Assembly (NCBI GenBank): GCA_965219625.1
Contig: OZ244782.1
Location: 182,911 to 246,910 of the forward strand
Direction: 5' to 3'
Length of the DNA stretch: 64,000 nt
Origin: Candidatus Multivoraceae bacterium
Lineage (GTDB): Bacteria > Acidobacteriota > Thermoanaerobaculia > Multivoradales > Multivoraceae
In this document: one piece after another, positions 10,193 through 19,460 of the stretch
Numbering within the stretch: the first letter of the stretch is position 1
Layout of the letters: each line of letters opens with the position of its first letter
Translations under genes and position numbers: made by a program
Notes under the pieces: model-generated
The model's input: the letters and a program-made list of their open reading frames with translations, nothing else
Told to the model about the DNA's origin: nothing
Databases searched by the model: none

Positions 10193-10462
10193 GTGCCACA
10201 GACAACCGAAGTAAAGGACGAGATCATCCGCGACTTCCGTCTCCACGAGACGGACACGGGGTCGCCCGAGGTCCAGGTGGCGCTGCTGACGAATCGCATC
10301 AACGAACTCACCGAGCACTTCAAGGTCCACAAACACGACCATCACGGGCGCCGCGGACTCCTCAAGCTCGTCGGGCGGCGCAAGCGACTGCTCGGCTACC
10401 TCCGCGACCAGAGCTTCGAGCGCTACCGGACGACGATCGAGCGTCTGGGAATTCGTCGCTGA
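10193..10462 (+). CDS. rpsO: 30S ribosomal protein S15
   Basis: 89 aa with a GTG start preceded by GAGGAA. The sequence includes [36 protein letters not shown]. Confidence 0.95.
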   Translation: MPQTTEVKDEIIRDFRLHETDTGSPEVQVALLTNRINELTEHFKVHKHDHHGRRGLLKLVGRRKRLLGYLRDQSFERYRTTIERLGIRR

Positions 10463-10620
10463 AGCCCTGCTGCTGCAAGCCGGCGCTGCAGCCGGCGCCA
10501 GGATCAGCAAGCGCACGGTTCCACATCGGCTGACCAGCCGACGTTCGCCTCCGCCTCTCCGAGCGCGTCGGGCGGTCGGCCCGGCCCGTGACCGACCGGC
10601 AAACCTGCCGGTTCGACCCG

Positions 10621-10674
10621 AGAGAAGCAAGAGAAGCAAGAGAAACAAGCGAAGCAACAGAAAGAAGAACGGAC
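10621..10674 (+). repeat. Six imperfect 9-nt purine-rich tandem repeats (AGAGAAGCA type) in the pnp 5' leader
   Basis: The units are agagaagca, agagaagca, agagaaaca, agcgaagca, acagaaaga and agaacggac. The last unit ends 5 nt before the pnp ATG. The tract contains no T and is very G+C-poor compared with its surroundings. Confidence 0.7.
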
Positions 10675-10679
10675 AAACG

Positions 10680-12944
10680 ATGACTTTCGCGAAGAACATC
10701 CAGATCGGAAATGCCACACTCACCCTCGAGTCCGGCCGCATGGCCAAGCAGGCGAACGGTTCCTGCACCGTCCGACTCGGCGACACGATCGTGCTGACGA
10801 CCGCCTGCATGGCGCCGGACAGCACTCCCCGCGGATTTCTGCCGCTTACCGTCGACTATCGCGAGTACACCTCCGCCGCTGGGCGGATTCCCGGCGGTTT
10901 CTTCAAGCGTGAGGGCCGACCGTCCGAGAAGGAGATCATCACCTGCCGCTTGACGGACCGACCGCTCCGGCCGCTCTTCCCGTCGGGTTACTACTACGAG
11001 ACCCAGATCATCAGCCTGGTGCTCTCTGCGGACCAGGAGAACGACCCGGACGTGCTGGCGATCAACGGCGCCTCGACCGCTCTGGTGCTTTCCGACATCC
11101 CGTTCTACCACCCCGTGGGCGCCGTTCGCGTCGGTCTGATCGACGACGAGATCGTCTTCAATCCGACCGGCGCCGAGCGTGACGTCTCCGATCTCGACCT
11201 GATCGTCGTCGGCACCGAGGAGGCGGTAACGATGGTCGAGGCCGGCGCGAACCAACTCGACGAGAGCGTGATCCTCGACTGCATCTTCGCCGGCCACGAG
11301 GAGCTCAGGAAGATTGTCCGGGCGCAGCAGGAGCTCTTCCGTGAGATGAACCTCGAGAAGCCGGACTGGAAAGCCCCGGAGGCCTACTCGCCGGAGTTCG
11401 CCGAGGAGGTCAAGGACGCGATCTGGAACGACTTCATCGCAGCGCTGAATACTCCGGCGAAGTTTGCCCGGCGAGACGCGGTGAAGGCGGTCGTCGACCG
11501 CTTCACGGACGGACTTCCCGAGGACGACGAGCGCCGCGCTCAGGTCGGCAAGATCGTCAACGAACTCGAGGACAAGGCGCTGCGAGAGATCGTCATGCGC
11601 GACAACAAGCGCTTCGACAATCGCGCGCTCGACGAGATCCGCGCTCTCGACGTCGAAACCGGCCTGCTGCCGCGCGTCCACGGTTCCGCCCTGTTCACCC
11701 GTGGCGAGACGCAGGCCCTGGCCTCCGTCACGCTCGGGACGCGTCGGGACGCACAGATCGTCGAGGAGTACGAGGGGGAAACACACCAGAAGTTCCTCCT
11801 CCACTACAACTTCCCTCCGTTCTCGGTAGGCGAAGTCCGCTTCCTGCGCGGCTCCAGCCGGCGCGAGATCGGGCACGGCGTACTCGCCCGGCGGGCCCTT
11901 GTTCCGGTGCTCCCCCACGAAGACGATTTCCCCTACACCGTGCGGGTCGTCTCCGAGATTCTGGAGTCGAACGGCTCTTCTTCGATGGCCACGGTGTGTG
12001 CCGGGTCGCTGGCACTGTTCGATGCCGGCGTCCCCATGCTGGCGCCCGTGGCCGGCGTGGCGATGGGGCTCGTCAAGGACGAAGAGAACTTCGCCGTGTT
12101 GAGCGACATCGCCGGTCAGGAGGACCACCACGGCGACATGGACTTCAAGGTAGCGGGTACCCGCGCCGGGATCACCGCGCTCCAGATGGACATCAAGATC
12201 GCGGGCGTCACCCGCGAGATCATGGGACAGGCGCTGACCCAGGCGCGAGCCGGACGGCTGCACATCCTCGATCACATGGCCAGCGAAATCGCCACGCCAC
12301 GCGAGACGATGTCCGACTACGCCCCGCGTCTGCACGTGATGCAGGTCGCCCGTGACCGGATTCGCGATGTCATCGGGCCCGGCGGCAAGACGATCCGGAG
12401 CATCACCGAAGAAACGGCCTGCCAGATCGACATCGAGGACGATGGCCGCGTCATCGTCGCTTCGCCGAACTCGACCGCGGCGGAACGAGCCATCGCGATG
12501 ATCGAACGTCTGACCGAGGTGCCCGAGATGGACAAGGTCTACACCGGGCAGGTCCGACGTGTGGAGCCCTTCGGCGCATTCGTCGAGATCCTGCCGGGCA
12601 CCGACGGCTTGGTGCACATCAGCGAGCTGGCGCCCTACCGAGTCGGCGAGATCGGTGACCTGGTCACGGAGGGCGACGAGATGACGGTCAAGGTGATCGA
12701 CATCGACCCGTCCGGCAAGGTCCGCCTGTCGCGCAAGGCGGTCATCATGGACGATCCGGACTTCGACCCGAAGGACTACGAAGGGATGGGCGTGCCGGCG
12801 CCCGAGGGCGGCGACCGCGGCGGCGATCGTCGCCGAGGTCCCGGTGGTCGCGGCCCGCGGGGTCGCGGCGGACGTGGCGGACCGGGCGGCGGCAGGGGGC
12901 GTCGACCCCGCGCAGGCGGCGGTCGAGGGCCTCGACGCGACTGA
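10680..12944 (+). CDS. pnp: Polyribonucleotide nucleotidyltransferase (PNPase)
   Basis: 754 aa with two RNase PH domains, a KH domain and an S1 domain (VYTGQVRRVEPFGAFVEI). An Arg/Gly-rich tail follows. Confidence 0.95.
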   Translation: MTFAKNIQIGNATLTLESGRMAKQANGSCTVRLGDTIVLTTACMAPDSTPRGFLPLTVDYREYTSAAGRIPGGFFKREGRPSEKEIITCRLTDRPLRPLFPSGYYYETQIISLVLSADQENDPDVLAINGASTALVLSDIPFYHPVGAVRVGLIDDEIVFNPTGAERDVSDLDLIVVGTEEAVTMVEAGANQLDESVILDCIFAGHEELRKIVRAQQELFREMNLEKPDWKAPEAYSPEFAEEVKDAIWNDFIAALNTPAKFARRDAVKAVVDRFTDGLPEDDERRAQVGKIVNELEDKALREIVMRDNKRFDNRALDEIRALDVETGLLPRVHGSALFTRGETQALASVTLGTRRDAQIVEEYEGETHQKFLLHYNFPPFSVGEVRFLRGSSRREIGHGVLARRALVPVLPHEDDFPYTVRVVSEILESNGSSSMATVCAGSLALFDAGVPMLAPVAGVAMGLVKDEENFAVLSDIAGQEDHHGDMDFKVAGTRAGITALQMDIKIAGVTREIMGQALTQARAGRLHILDHMASEIATPRETMSDYAPRLHVMQVARDRIRDVIGPGGKTIRSITEETACQIDIEDDGRVIVASPNSTAAERAIAMIERLTEVPEMDKVYTGQVRRVEPFGAFVEILPGTDGLVHISELAPYRVGEIGDLVTEGDEMTVKVIDIDPSGKVRLSRKAVIMDDPDFDPKDYEGMGVPAPEGGDRGGDRRRGPGGRGPRGRGGRGGPGGGRGRRPRAGGGRGPRRD

Positions 12945-12981
12945 GGTCGTTGCCGACAGTTCGGGCCGCCAGCTCGCCAAT

Positions 12982-14193
12982 CTACGAGTCGGCGGCCCGC
13001 AGCGCGGCTTGGAACACATCACGGAATGGAACTCCGCGTTCGCGCGCGATTCGTCGGACGTCCTCGTACTCAGGCGCCGCCCCGAGCGGCCTGCCATCGA
13101 CCACGGCGCGCTTGACCGTCACCTCGCCGAACGCCGTCTTCACGAGCGCCATTTCCCGTTCGGCCTCCAGCCGATCAACGAAGGAGCGACGGCAGCCGAG
13201 GGAACCGGTCTCGATGAGCAGCCGCTTCGCCAGGGCCTCCGCCCGGTCCGGGCGACAGAGAACCGTAACGAGTACCCCGGGGCGCGACTTCTTCATCTGC
13301 ACGGCGGTGGCGAACACGTCGAAGGCGCCCGCACCGAGGAGGGCCTCGGCGGCATAGCCCAGGGTCTCGCCGGTCGCGTCGTCGACCTGGCACTCGAGAA
13401 CGGCGACCCGGCGCCAGCCGGCGGCGCCCGTCATCCGGCCTGCCAGCTGAAGCCGCAAGGCGTTCGGGCGATCCGGAAGTTCGCGGCTGCCGAGTCCGAC
13501 ACCGAGCCTCTCGATACGCCGCACTTCATCGGCAACAGAGGGTTCGAAGACGTCGACGAACTCGCGAACGATGACAGCCCCGGTGGGAGTCACGAGTTCG
13601 CCCTCCGCGCCGCCCGCAGCCAGCGGGACTCCGCGCAACAGGAATGCTGTTGCCGGCGTCGGAATCGGCATCACGCCGTGGCGGGTCTGCACCGACCCGC
13701 TCCCCACGACGATGGTCGAGCAGGAGACCCGGGTCGGCGCGAAGCGCTCGAAGGCGACCGCGGCGCCGACCAGATCGACGATCGAGTCGTCCGCGCCGAC
13801 CTCGTGAAAGTGGACGGCGTCGGGTTCGACACCGTGGACCCTGGCCTCGGCTTCCCCCAGGCGTCGGAACAACGCGCTTGCTCGGTCGACGACACCGGGA
13901 GGAAGACCGCTGCTCTCGATCATCCGCAGAATCTCCGGCAGGGTCCTCGCCGTACCGTCGACGGCGTCGGCGCCATCCACAGGCCGACCGTCGCGAAGCA
14001 CTTCGAAGCGAACTCCAGCAAGGCCTCCACGACGGGAGCGCCGGACCTCCAGGTCCACGTCGTCAAGGCCCAGGCGCTCGACCATTTCCTTCAGCTCACC
14101 CACCTCGAGTCCCAAGTCGATCGAGGCAGCCAGGAACATGTCGCCGGCAATGCCGCTCGCGCAGTCGAGGTGGAGCAACGCCGGCTCGTCCAT
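12982..14193 (-). CDS. larC: Nickel-pincer cofactor biosynthesis / nickel insertion protein LarC (DUF111 family)
   Basis: 403 aa. The N-terminus LHLDCASGIAGDMFLAA is typical of LarC/DUF111. Confidence 0.8.
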   Translation of the reverse strand: MDEPALLHLDCASGIAGDMFLAASIDLGLEVGELKEMVERLGLDDVDLEVRRSRRGGLAGVRFEVLRDGRPVDGADAVDGTARTLPEILRMIESSGLPPGVVDRASALFRRLGEAEARVHGVEPDAVHFHEVGADDSIVDLVGAAVAFERFAPTRVSCSTIVVGSGSVQTRHGVMPIPTPATAFLLRGVPLAAGGAEGELVTPTGAVIVREFVDVFEPSVADEVRRIERLGVGLGSRELPDRPNALRLQLAGRMTGAAGWRRVAVLECQVDDATGETLGYAAEALLGAGAFDVFATAVQMKKSRPGVLVTVLCRPDRAEALAKRLLIETGSLGCRRSFVDRLEAEREMALVKTAFGEVTVKRAVVDGRPLGAAPEYEDVRRIARERGVPFRDVFQAALRAADS

Positions 14194-14236
14194 CGGGTGA
14201 AGCTAGCAGGAGGACAACGTCTCCTCTGGCGGGAAG

Positions 14237-14959
14237 TCAGAATTCGCCCCGTTGCCGCAGCGAACACCAGCGTCCTCCGGGCGCCACGATGACATGGTCG
14301 ATCAACTCGACTCCGACCTCGGCCCCGGCACGCGCCAGACGACGCGTAAAGGTGCAGTCCGACTCGCTCGGCTCGGGATCGCCGCTCGGATGGTTGTGGA
14401 AGACGACGATTCCTGACGCGCCCAGCCGAAGGGCATCCCTGAGCACCGGCCGCGGCTCGACCGCCGCGCGGTCGATGCCGCCGACGAAGTGTTCCCGCTC
14501 CGCGATGACGCGGCACCGAATGTCGATGTAGATCGCCCCCATCACCTCCTGATCGCGTCGCACGTAACGTAGAGCCAGATAACGAGCGACGACGGCCAGG
14601 TCGCCAAGCGGCCTGCGTTCCGGCACCTCAGCCCGGGCCAACCGCCGCGCCAGCTCGACCGCCGCCAGAATCGCCGCCGCCTTCGCCTCGCCCAGGCCCT
14701 TGCGGCGAAGCGACGGCAGATCGTGCTCGACGAGGACCGCAAGCGACGATAGACCTCCCACGCCGCTGTGTTCGTCGTACAGGAGCTCGTACGCCAGGTC
14801 GAGTACCGAGCGTCCCCGGTGGCCGGTCCGAAGCAGGATGGCGACGAGTTCGCGATCGCTCAGCACGGCTGCCCCGTGCGCCAGGAGTCGCTCCCGGGGC
14901 CGCTCGCCGGTATCCATGTCTCGCAGCATTCCCGAGGCGTTCTCCTCGATCTTCGTCAT
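14237..14959 (-). CDS. radC: RadC-family JAMM-motif protein
   Basis: ERPRERLLAHGAAVLSDRELVAILLRTG forms the HhH part. The C-terminal part carries the JAMM motif HNHPSGDPEPSESD. Confidence 0.85.
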   Translation of the reverse strand: MTKIEENASGMLRDMDTGERPRERLLAHGAAVLSDRELVAILLRTGHRGRSVLDLAYELLYDEHSGVGGLSSLAVLVEHDLPSLRRKGLGEAKAAAILAAVELARRLARAEVPERRPLGDLAVVARYLALRYVRRDQEVMGAIYIDIRCRVIAEREHFVGGIDRAAVEPRPVLRDALRLGASGIVVFHNHPSGDPEPSESDCTFTRRLARAGAEVGVELIDHVIVAPGGRWCSLRQRGEF

Positions 14960-15109
14960 TCTCGGTCACCTCCTACGGACCTAGACGGAAATCGGCGCCG
15001 GGAACCAAGTTCCGAGCCTTCTCAGGTACCCTGCGGCGCGAAAGGCGTCGTTCACGCGGAATCGCCGCAGGCGGCTCCTCATCGCCTGAGCGACCGGCCT
15101 CAACGAACG

Positions 15110-16051
15110 ATGAAGAACCTCGAGTACCCCCCCTTCCTGGTGTCCGAAAAGGCGTTCGACCCGGCCGTCGCGGTCCTGCCGGTTCCCTACGAAAGGACGA
15201 CGTCCTGGGGCCGCGGCGCCGAAGCGGGCCCTTCGGCACTGCTCAAGGCCTCCCGCTACGTCGAGCTCTACGATCAGGAACTCGACCTCGAACCCTGTCG
15301 CATCGGCATCGAGACGCTACCGCCGGTTGATGTCGAGACAAGCGAGGAGTCCGCACTCGACCAGATCAGCGAGGAAGCCGCCGAGTCCACGCGTCGTGGG
15401 CGGTTCCTCTGCGCCATCGGCGGTGAGCACACCGTAACGCCGGCCCTGGTTCGCGGTGTGGCGTCCGCCCACGGGAAACCCCTGGGCATCGTGCAGTTCG
15501 ACGCCCACGCGGATCTCCGCCAAACCTACTCCGGCAGCCGTTGGAATCACGCGTGCGCGATGAGCCGGGTGCTCGACCTTGACGTGCCCCTCCTGGCAAC
15601 CGGCATTCGCTCGCTGAGTCGGTCGGAAGCGGCCCGCATCGAACGCCGGAACCTGCCCGTCATCCCGGCCGACCAGCTCCACGCTCTGGATGAGGCCGAT
15701 CTCGAGTCCCTGTTCATCGGGTTGCTGGCGTCGCTGCCGGACACGATCTACCTGACGTTCGACCTCGACTTCTTTGATCCCTCCGTGCTGCCGGCAACCG
15801 GGACGCCCGAACCGGGAGGCGGCGATTGGTTCCAGGCCCTCGCGCTCCTTCGGCTCCTGTTCCGTCACAAGCAGGTCGTCGCGATGGACATCGTCGAGCT
15901 TGCACCCATCCCCGGCCAGCCAGCCAGCGACTTCCTTGCCGCCCGACTGCTCTACAAGTGCATCGCCTACCGGTTTCGAGCTGAACTGGAGGCCGCAGAC
16001 CCTTCTCAGCTCGCAAGGGCATCGAGCCCCACCAAGGGTCCCGCGACATAG
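15110..16051 (+). CDS. speB: Agmatinase / arginase-family ureohydrolase
   Basis: The ATG at 15110 (MKNLEYPPF) is in frame within track ORF 14768..16051. Metal-binding motifs GGEHTVT, FDAHADLR and LTFDLDFFDPS are present. Confidence 0.85.
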   Translation: MKNLEYPPFLVSEKAFDPAVAVLPVPYERTTSWGRGAEAGPSALLKASRYVELYDQELDLEPCRIGIETLPPVDVETSEESALDQISEEAAESTRRGRFLCAIGGEHTVTPALVRGVASAHGKPLGIVQFDAHADLRQTYSGSRWNHACAMSRVLDLDVPLLATGIRSLSRSEAARIERRNLPVIPADQLHALDEADLESLFIGLLASLPDTIYLTFDLDFFDPSVLPATGTPEPGGGDWFQALALLRLLFRHKQVVAMDIVELAPIPGQPASDFLAARLLYKCIAYRFRAELEAADPSQLARASSPTKGPAT

Positions 16052-17547
16052 ACCCAGAAGACGATCAGGACGAGGCCGATCAGGTTGAGCCATAGGCCGG
16101 CGCGGACCATCTGCGGAATCGTGATCTCGCCTGAACCGAACACGATCGCGTTCGGAGGGGTTGCCACCGGCATCATGAACGCGCAACTCGCGGCCAGGGT
16201 CGCGGGGACGATCAGCAACAGCGGGTCGACATGGATCGCCGAGGCGGTCGCGCCGAGGATGGGGAGGAACGTCGCCGTCGTCGCCGTGTTGCTCGTCACC
16301 TCGGTGAGCAGAATGAGCAGTAACGCCGCTCCGACGACCAGGAGGAACACCGGCATGTCCTCGAGGGCAAGCAGGCTGTTGCCGAGAAAGCGATCGACGC
16401 CCGTGTCGCGGACGGACGCGGCAAGACTCAGGCCGCCGCCGAAGAGGAGCAGGATTCCCCACGGCGCTTCGAGCGCCTTTCTCCAGCTCAACAGGAAGAC
16501 GCCCCTGCGGAAGTCGACTGGAATGGCGAACAGCAGCAAGGCCGCACCAATGGCGATCCCAGGGTCGGTCAGCCCGGACAACGGCGTCGTGCCCCCGACT
16601 TCGAATCCGACAAGCCAGCTCCGCGTAGTCCACAGCACCGCCGTCACGGCGAAGATGACGAGTACCGCGCGTTCGGCGGTACTCATCGGCCCCAGCCGGG
16701 TGAGTTCACCACGGATCAGCTCGACTCCGCCCGGTACGTCCCGAATGCCGATCCGATAGACGAACCGGACGAGCACGATCCACGCCAAGGGCAGAAACGA
16801 CACGGAGATCAGCAGGCCAAACGGCAGCCAGTCGGCGAACGTGATGTCCATGCCGTAGTTGTCGCGTACGAACGACATCATCTGCAAGTTCGGCGGCGTG
16901 CCGATCTTCGTCGCCACACCGCCGATCGAAGCCCCGTAGGCGGTACCCAGCAGCAGACAGAGGGCAAACGGAAACGGTCGGCCAGCCGTCGGCGCGCGGG
17001 CGCCGAGACGACTCCGCACGAGCTCGACGAGTGACAGCGCAATCGGCAGCATCATGACCACCGTCGCCGTGTTCGAGATCCACATGCTGAGGGCAGCCGA
17101 GGCGACCATGAAGCCGAGCACGAGGCGATCCGGCCGACTCCCGACAAGCAGGATGATGCGGAGCGCAATGCGGCGGTGAAGACCCCAACGCTGCATCGCC
17201 AGAGCGAGCATGAAGCCGCCCAGAAACAGGAAGATGTTCGGGTTGGCGTACGGCGCCGCGACCTGCCCGATCGCCACCTCCCCACCAGTAAGAAGCGGAA
17301 TCAGCGCCAGCGGCAAGAGCGATGTCACGGCGATTGGCAGCGCCTCGGTCAGCCACAGCGTCGCCATGAGCACACCAACCGCGGCCACCGCGCGGCCGCG
17401 GTCGGAAAGACCCGAGAGCACCTCGCCGTCGGCGCCGAGATCGGCCGCAGGAATCAGAACGTAGACGACCGCCGCGAGAAGCGGGGCGCCGACGAGGCCC
17501 AGCGCGACCGGCCGACCGCTGCCGCGATCGCGATCGCCCTCACTCAT
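16006..17547 (-). CDS. DASS/SLC13-family anion:sodium symporter (di/tricarboxylate or sulfate type)
   Basis: 513 aa and polytopic. It has SLC13-like segments (MWISNTATVVMMLPI, TSNTATTATFLPI). Its start overlaps the end of the upstream transporter gene by 8 nt. Confidence 0.8.
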   Translation of the reverse strand: MSEGDRDRGSGRPVALGLVGAPLLAAVVYVLIPAADLGADGEVLSGLSDRGRAVAAVGVLMATLWLTEALPIAVTSLLPLALIPLLTGGEVAIGQVAAPYANPNIFLFLGGFMLALAMQRWGLHRRIALRIILLVGSRPDRLVLGFMVASAALSMWISNTATVVMMLPIALSLVELVRSRLGARAPTAGRPFPFALCLLLGTAYGASIGGVATKIGTPPNLQMMSFVRDNYGMDITFADWLPFGLLISVSFLPLAWIVLVRFVYRIGIRDVPGGVELIRGELTRLGPMSTAERAVLVIFAVTAVLWTTRSWLVGFEVGGTTPLSGLTDPGIAIGAALLLFAIPVDFRRGVFLLSWRKALEAPWGILLLFGGGLSLAASVRDTGVDRFLGNSLLALEDMPVFLLVVGAALLLILLTEVTSNTATTATFLPILGATASAIHVDPLLLIVPATLAASCAFMMPVATPPNAIVFGSGEITIPQMVRAGLWLNLIGLVLIVFWVYVAGPLVGLDALAS

Positions 17548-19243
17548 CCTGGGGCGAACGACGAACGTGGCGCCGGAAGTAGGACCTCGTCAATCCGGTG
17601 ACGACACCTGACAGGAGGAGCAGCGAAATCAGGTTGGGGAAGGACATCAACCCGAGCGCCACATCGCCGAACGTCCACACCGTCGACAGCGGCAACAGAC
17701 AACCCATGAAGAAGAAGAAGACATAGACCCAGCGGTAGACCGGCACCGCCCGCTCCCCCAGGAGGTACTCCGTCGAGCGATCTCCGTAATACGACCAGGA
17801 GATGGCGGTCGACACCGCAAACAGGAGCACCGACAAGGTGACGATCAGATCTCCGCGACTTCCCGGCAGCCCGAGGCTGAACGCGCGGGCGGTGAGCGGC
17901 GCGCCGGTCAACAGCGCCCCGCCCTCGACCCGCGGCTCCTCGCCGGCGGTGCTGAGCGCACCGTCCGGTCCGACCTCGAGCCGTCCGCTCCAGGGCGCAC
18001 CTTGAGCGTCGACGAGCTTCGGCTCGACCAGCATGGCGTTCAACACGGCGAAGGATCCGGAGGCGGCGCCGGCTTCCACTTCGACGGCGCCGCCGCCCAG
18101 GATCCGTCGTTCATCGCGCGCTTCCAGGAGCCTTGCATCGTCCTCGAGACTCCGGTGAATGCCCTCCACCTCGTTCAGCGCGAAGCTCTGCATCGGGCGA
18201 TCCCGCCATGCATCCGTGCTGATGATCACCAGGCCGGTCATCGTGCAGATGACCAGGGTGTCGATGAACGGCTCGAGCGAAGCGACCAGCCCCTCCCGCA
18301 CCGGCTCATCCGTCTTCGCCGCGGCGTGGGCGATCGGCGCGCTGCCCTGGCCCGCCTCGTTGCTGAACAGACCTCGGCGAATTCCCCACATCATCGTCAT
18401 CAGGAAGGAACCCGCCGCCCCACCGACCATCGACGTCGGCCGGAACGCCTGCTCGACGATCAGGCCGAGGCTTGCCGGCACGCTGCCGATGTCGCGGAGA
18501 AGAATGAACAGGGCGGCGCCGATGTAGATCACGGCCATTCCCGGGGCCAAGATCGAGGTCACACGACCGATCCGCTTGATGCCGCCGACGATGACCAGGG
18601 CGATCAGAGAGGCGAAGATCAGGCCGCTCACCTCCGGCGCCAGGCCGAACTGCGACTCGAGTTGGTCCGCCATCGTGTTCGCCTGATTCATGTTCCCCGT
18701 ACCGAACGAGCAGATCACGGCCAGGCCGGCGAACAGCAACGCCATCCACTTCCACTTCTCGCCCAGCCCCTTCTCGATGTAGTGCATCGGGCCGCCGGAA
18801 ACCGAACCATCGCCGTGGACCCGGCGGTAGGCCACCGCAAGCGTGCACTCGGCGAACTTGAGCGCCATGCCGAAGAAAGCCGTGACCCACATCCAGAACA
18901 ACGCACCTGGGCCGCCCATCCGGATCGCGATCGCCACGCCGGCGATGTTGCCGATCCCGACCGTCGCTGACAACGCGGTCGTCAGAGCCTGGAAGTGGAC
19001 CAGATCGCCCTCATCCTCCGGATCGTCGTACTTCCCGACGAGGATCGCCCACGCATGGCGGAAACCACGAAGCTGGATCAGGCCCAGACGGACGGTCACG
19101 AAGAGTCCCGTGCCGAGCAGCACGAGAGCAAGAATCGGCGCCTGGGGCGGCGTGTTCCACACCAGGCCCTCGAGCCAGCGAGCGAGCGGACCGAGCAAGC
19201 CGTTCACCCCATCCGCTATCGAGTCGATCAGTTGTTCCGGCAT
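17540..19243 (-). CDS. Alanine/glycine:cation symporter (AGCS family)
   Basis: 567 aa. AGCS signature segments FQALTTALSATVGIGNIAGVAIAI and FSNEAGQGSAPIAHAAAKT are present. An extra soluble segment of about 100 aa sits late in the protein. Confidence 0.85.
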   Translation of the reverse strand: MPEQLIDSIADGVNGLLGPLARWLEGLVWNTPPQAPILALVLLGTGLFVTVRLGLIQLRGFRHAWAILVGKYDDPEDEGDLVHFQALTTALSATVGIGNIAGVAIAIRMGGPGALFWMWVTAFFGMALKFAECTLAVAYRRVHGDGSVSGGPMHYIEKGLGEKWKWMALLFAGLAVICSFGTGNMNQANTMADQLESQFGLAPEVSGLIFASLIALVIVGGIKRIGRVTSILAPGMAVIYIGAALFILLRDIGSVPASLGLIVEQAFRPTSMVGGAAGSFLMTMMWGIRRGLFSNEAGQGSAPIAHAAAKTDEPVREGLVASLEPFIDTLVICTMTGLVIISTDAWRDRPMQSFALNEVEGIHRSLEDDARLLEARDERRILGGGAVEVEAGAASGSFAVLNAMLVEPKLVDAQGAPWSGRLEVGPDGALSTAGEEPRVEGGALLTGAPLTARAFSLGLPGSRGDLIVTLSVLLFAVSTAISWSYYGDRSTEYLLGERAVPVYRWVYVFFFFMGCLLPLSTVWTFGDVALGLMSFPNLISLLLLSGVVTGLTRSYFRRHVRRSPQDE

Positions 19244-19460
19244 CGCTGTCAGCCCCCCGCTTTTTCATCGTTGACCTCCGACCGGCAGCGAAGTACCGCA
19301 CGGACTCGCCGCGCGGATCGTACCGGAGTCACCCGTGCCGCTGCCCAAGAGACCCTCGCAAACCAGGAGAATTCTCCACAACATCTTGAGAAGCAACAAC
19401 TTAGGACGCAACTGTGCTATCATCTCCGGCGCTCTTGAATTCCCCTTCGAGCCGTTCTCC

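Noticed and set aside
12982-14193. LarC without LarB/LarE partners as an unusual orphan.
   Set aside because: The partner genes may simply lie outside this window, and stand-alone DUF111 genes are common. Nothing in the sequence itself is anomalous.
19244-19460. Divergent promoter elements between the AGCS transporter and the kinase-like gene (TTGAGA ... TATCAT around 19387-19424).
   Set aside because: The spacing between the best -35-like and -10-like hexamers is 26 nt, or 11-15 nt for the alternatives. None is near 17 nt, so no promoter call could be supported.
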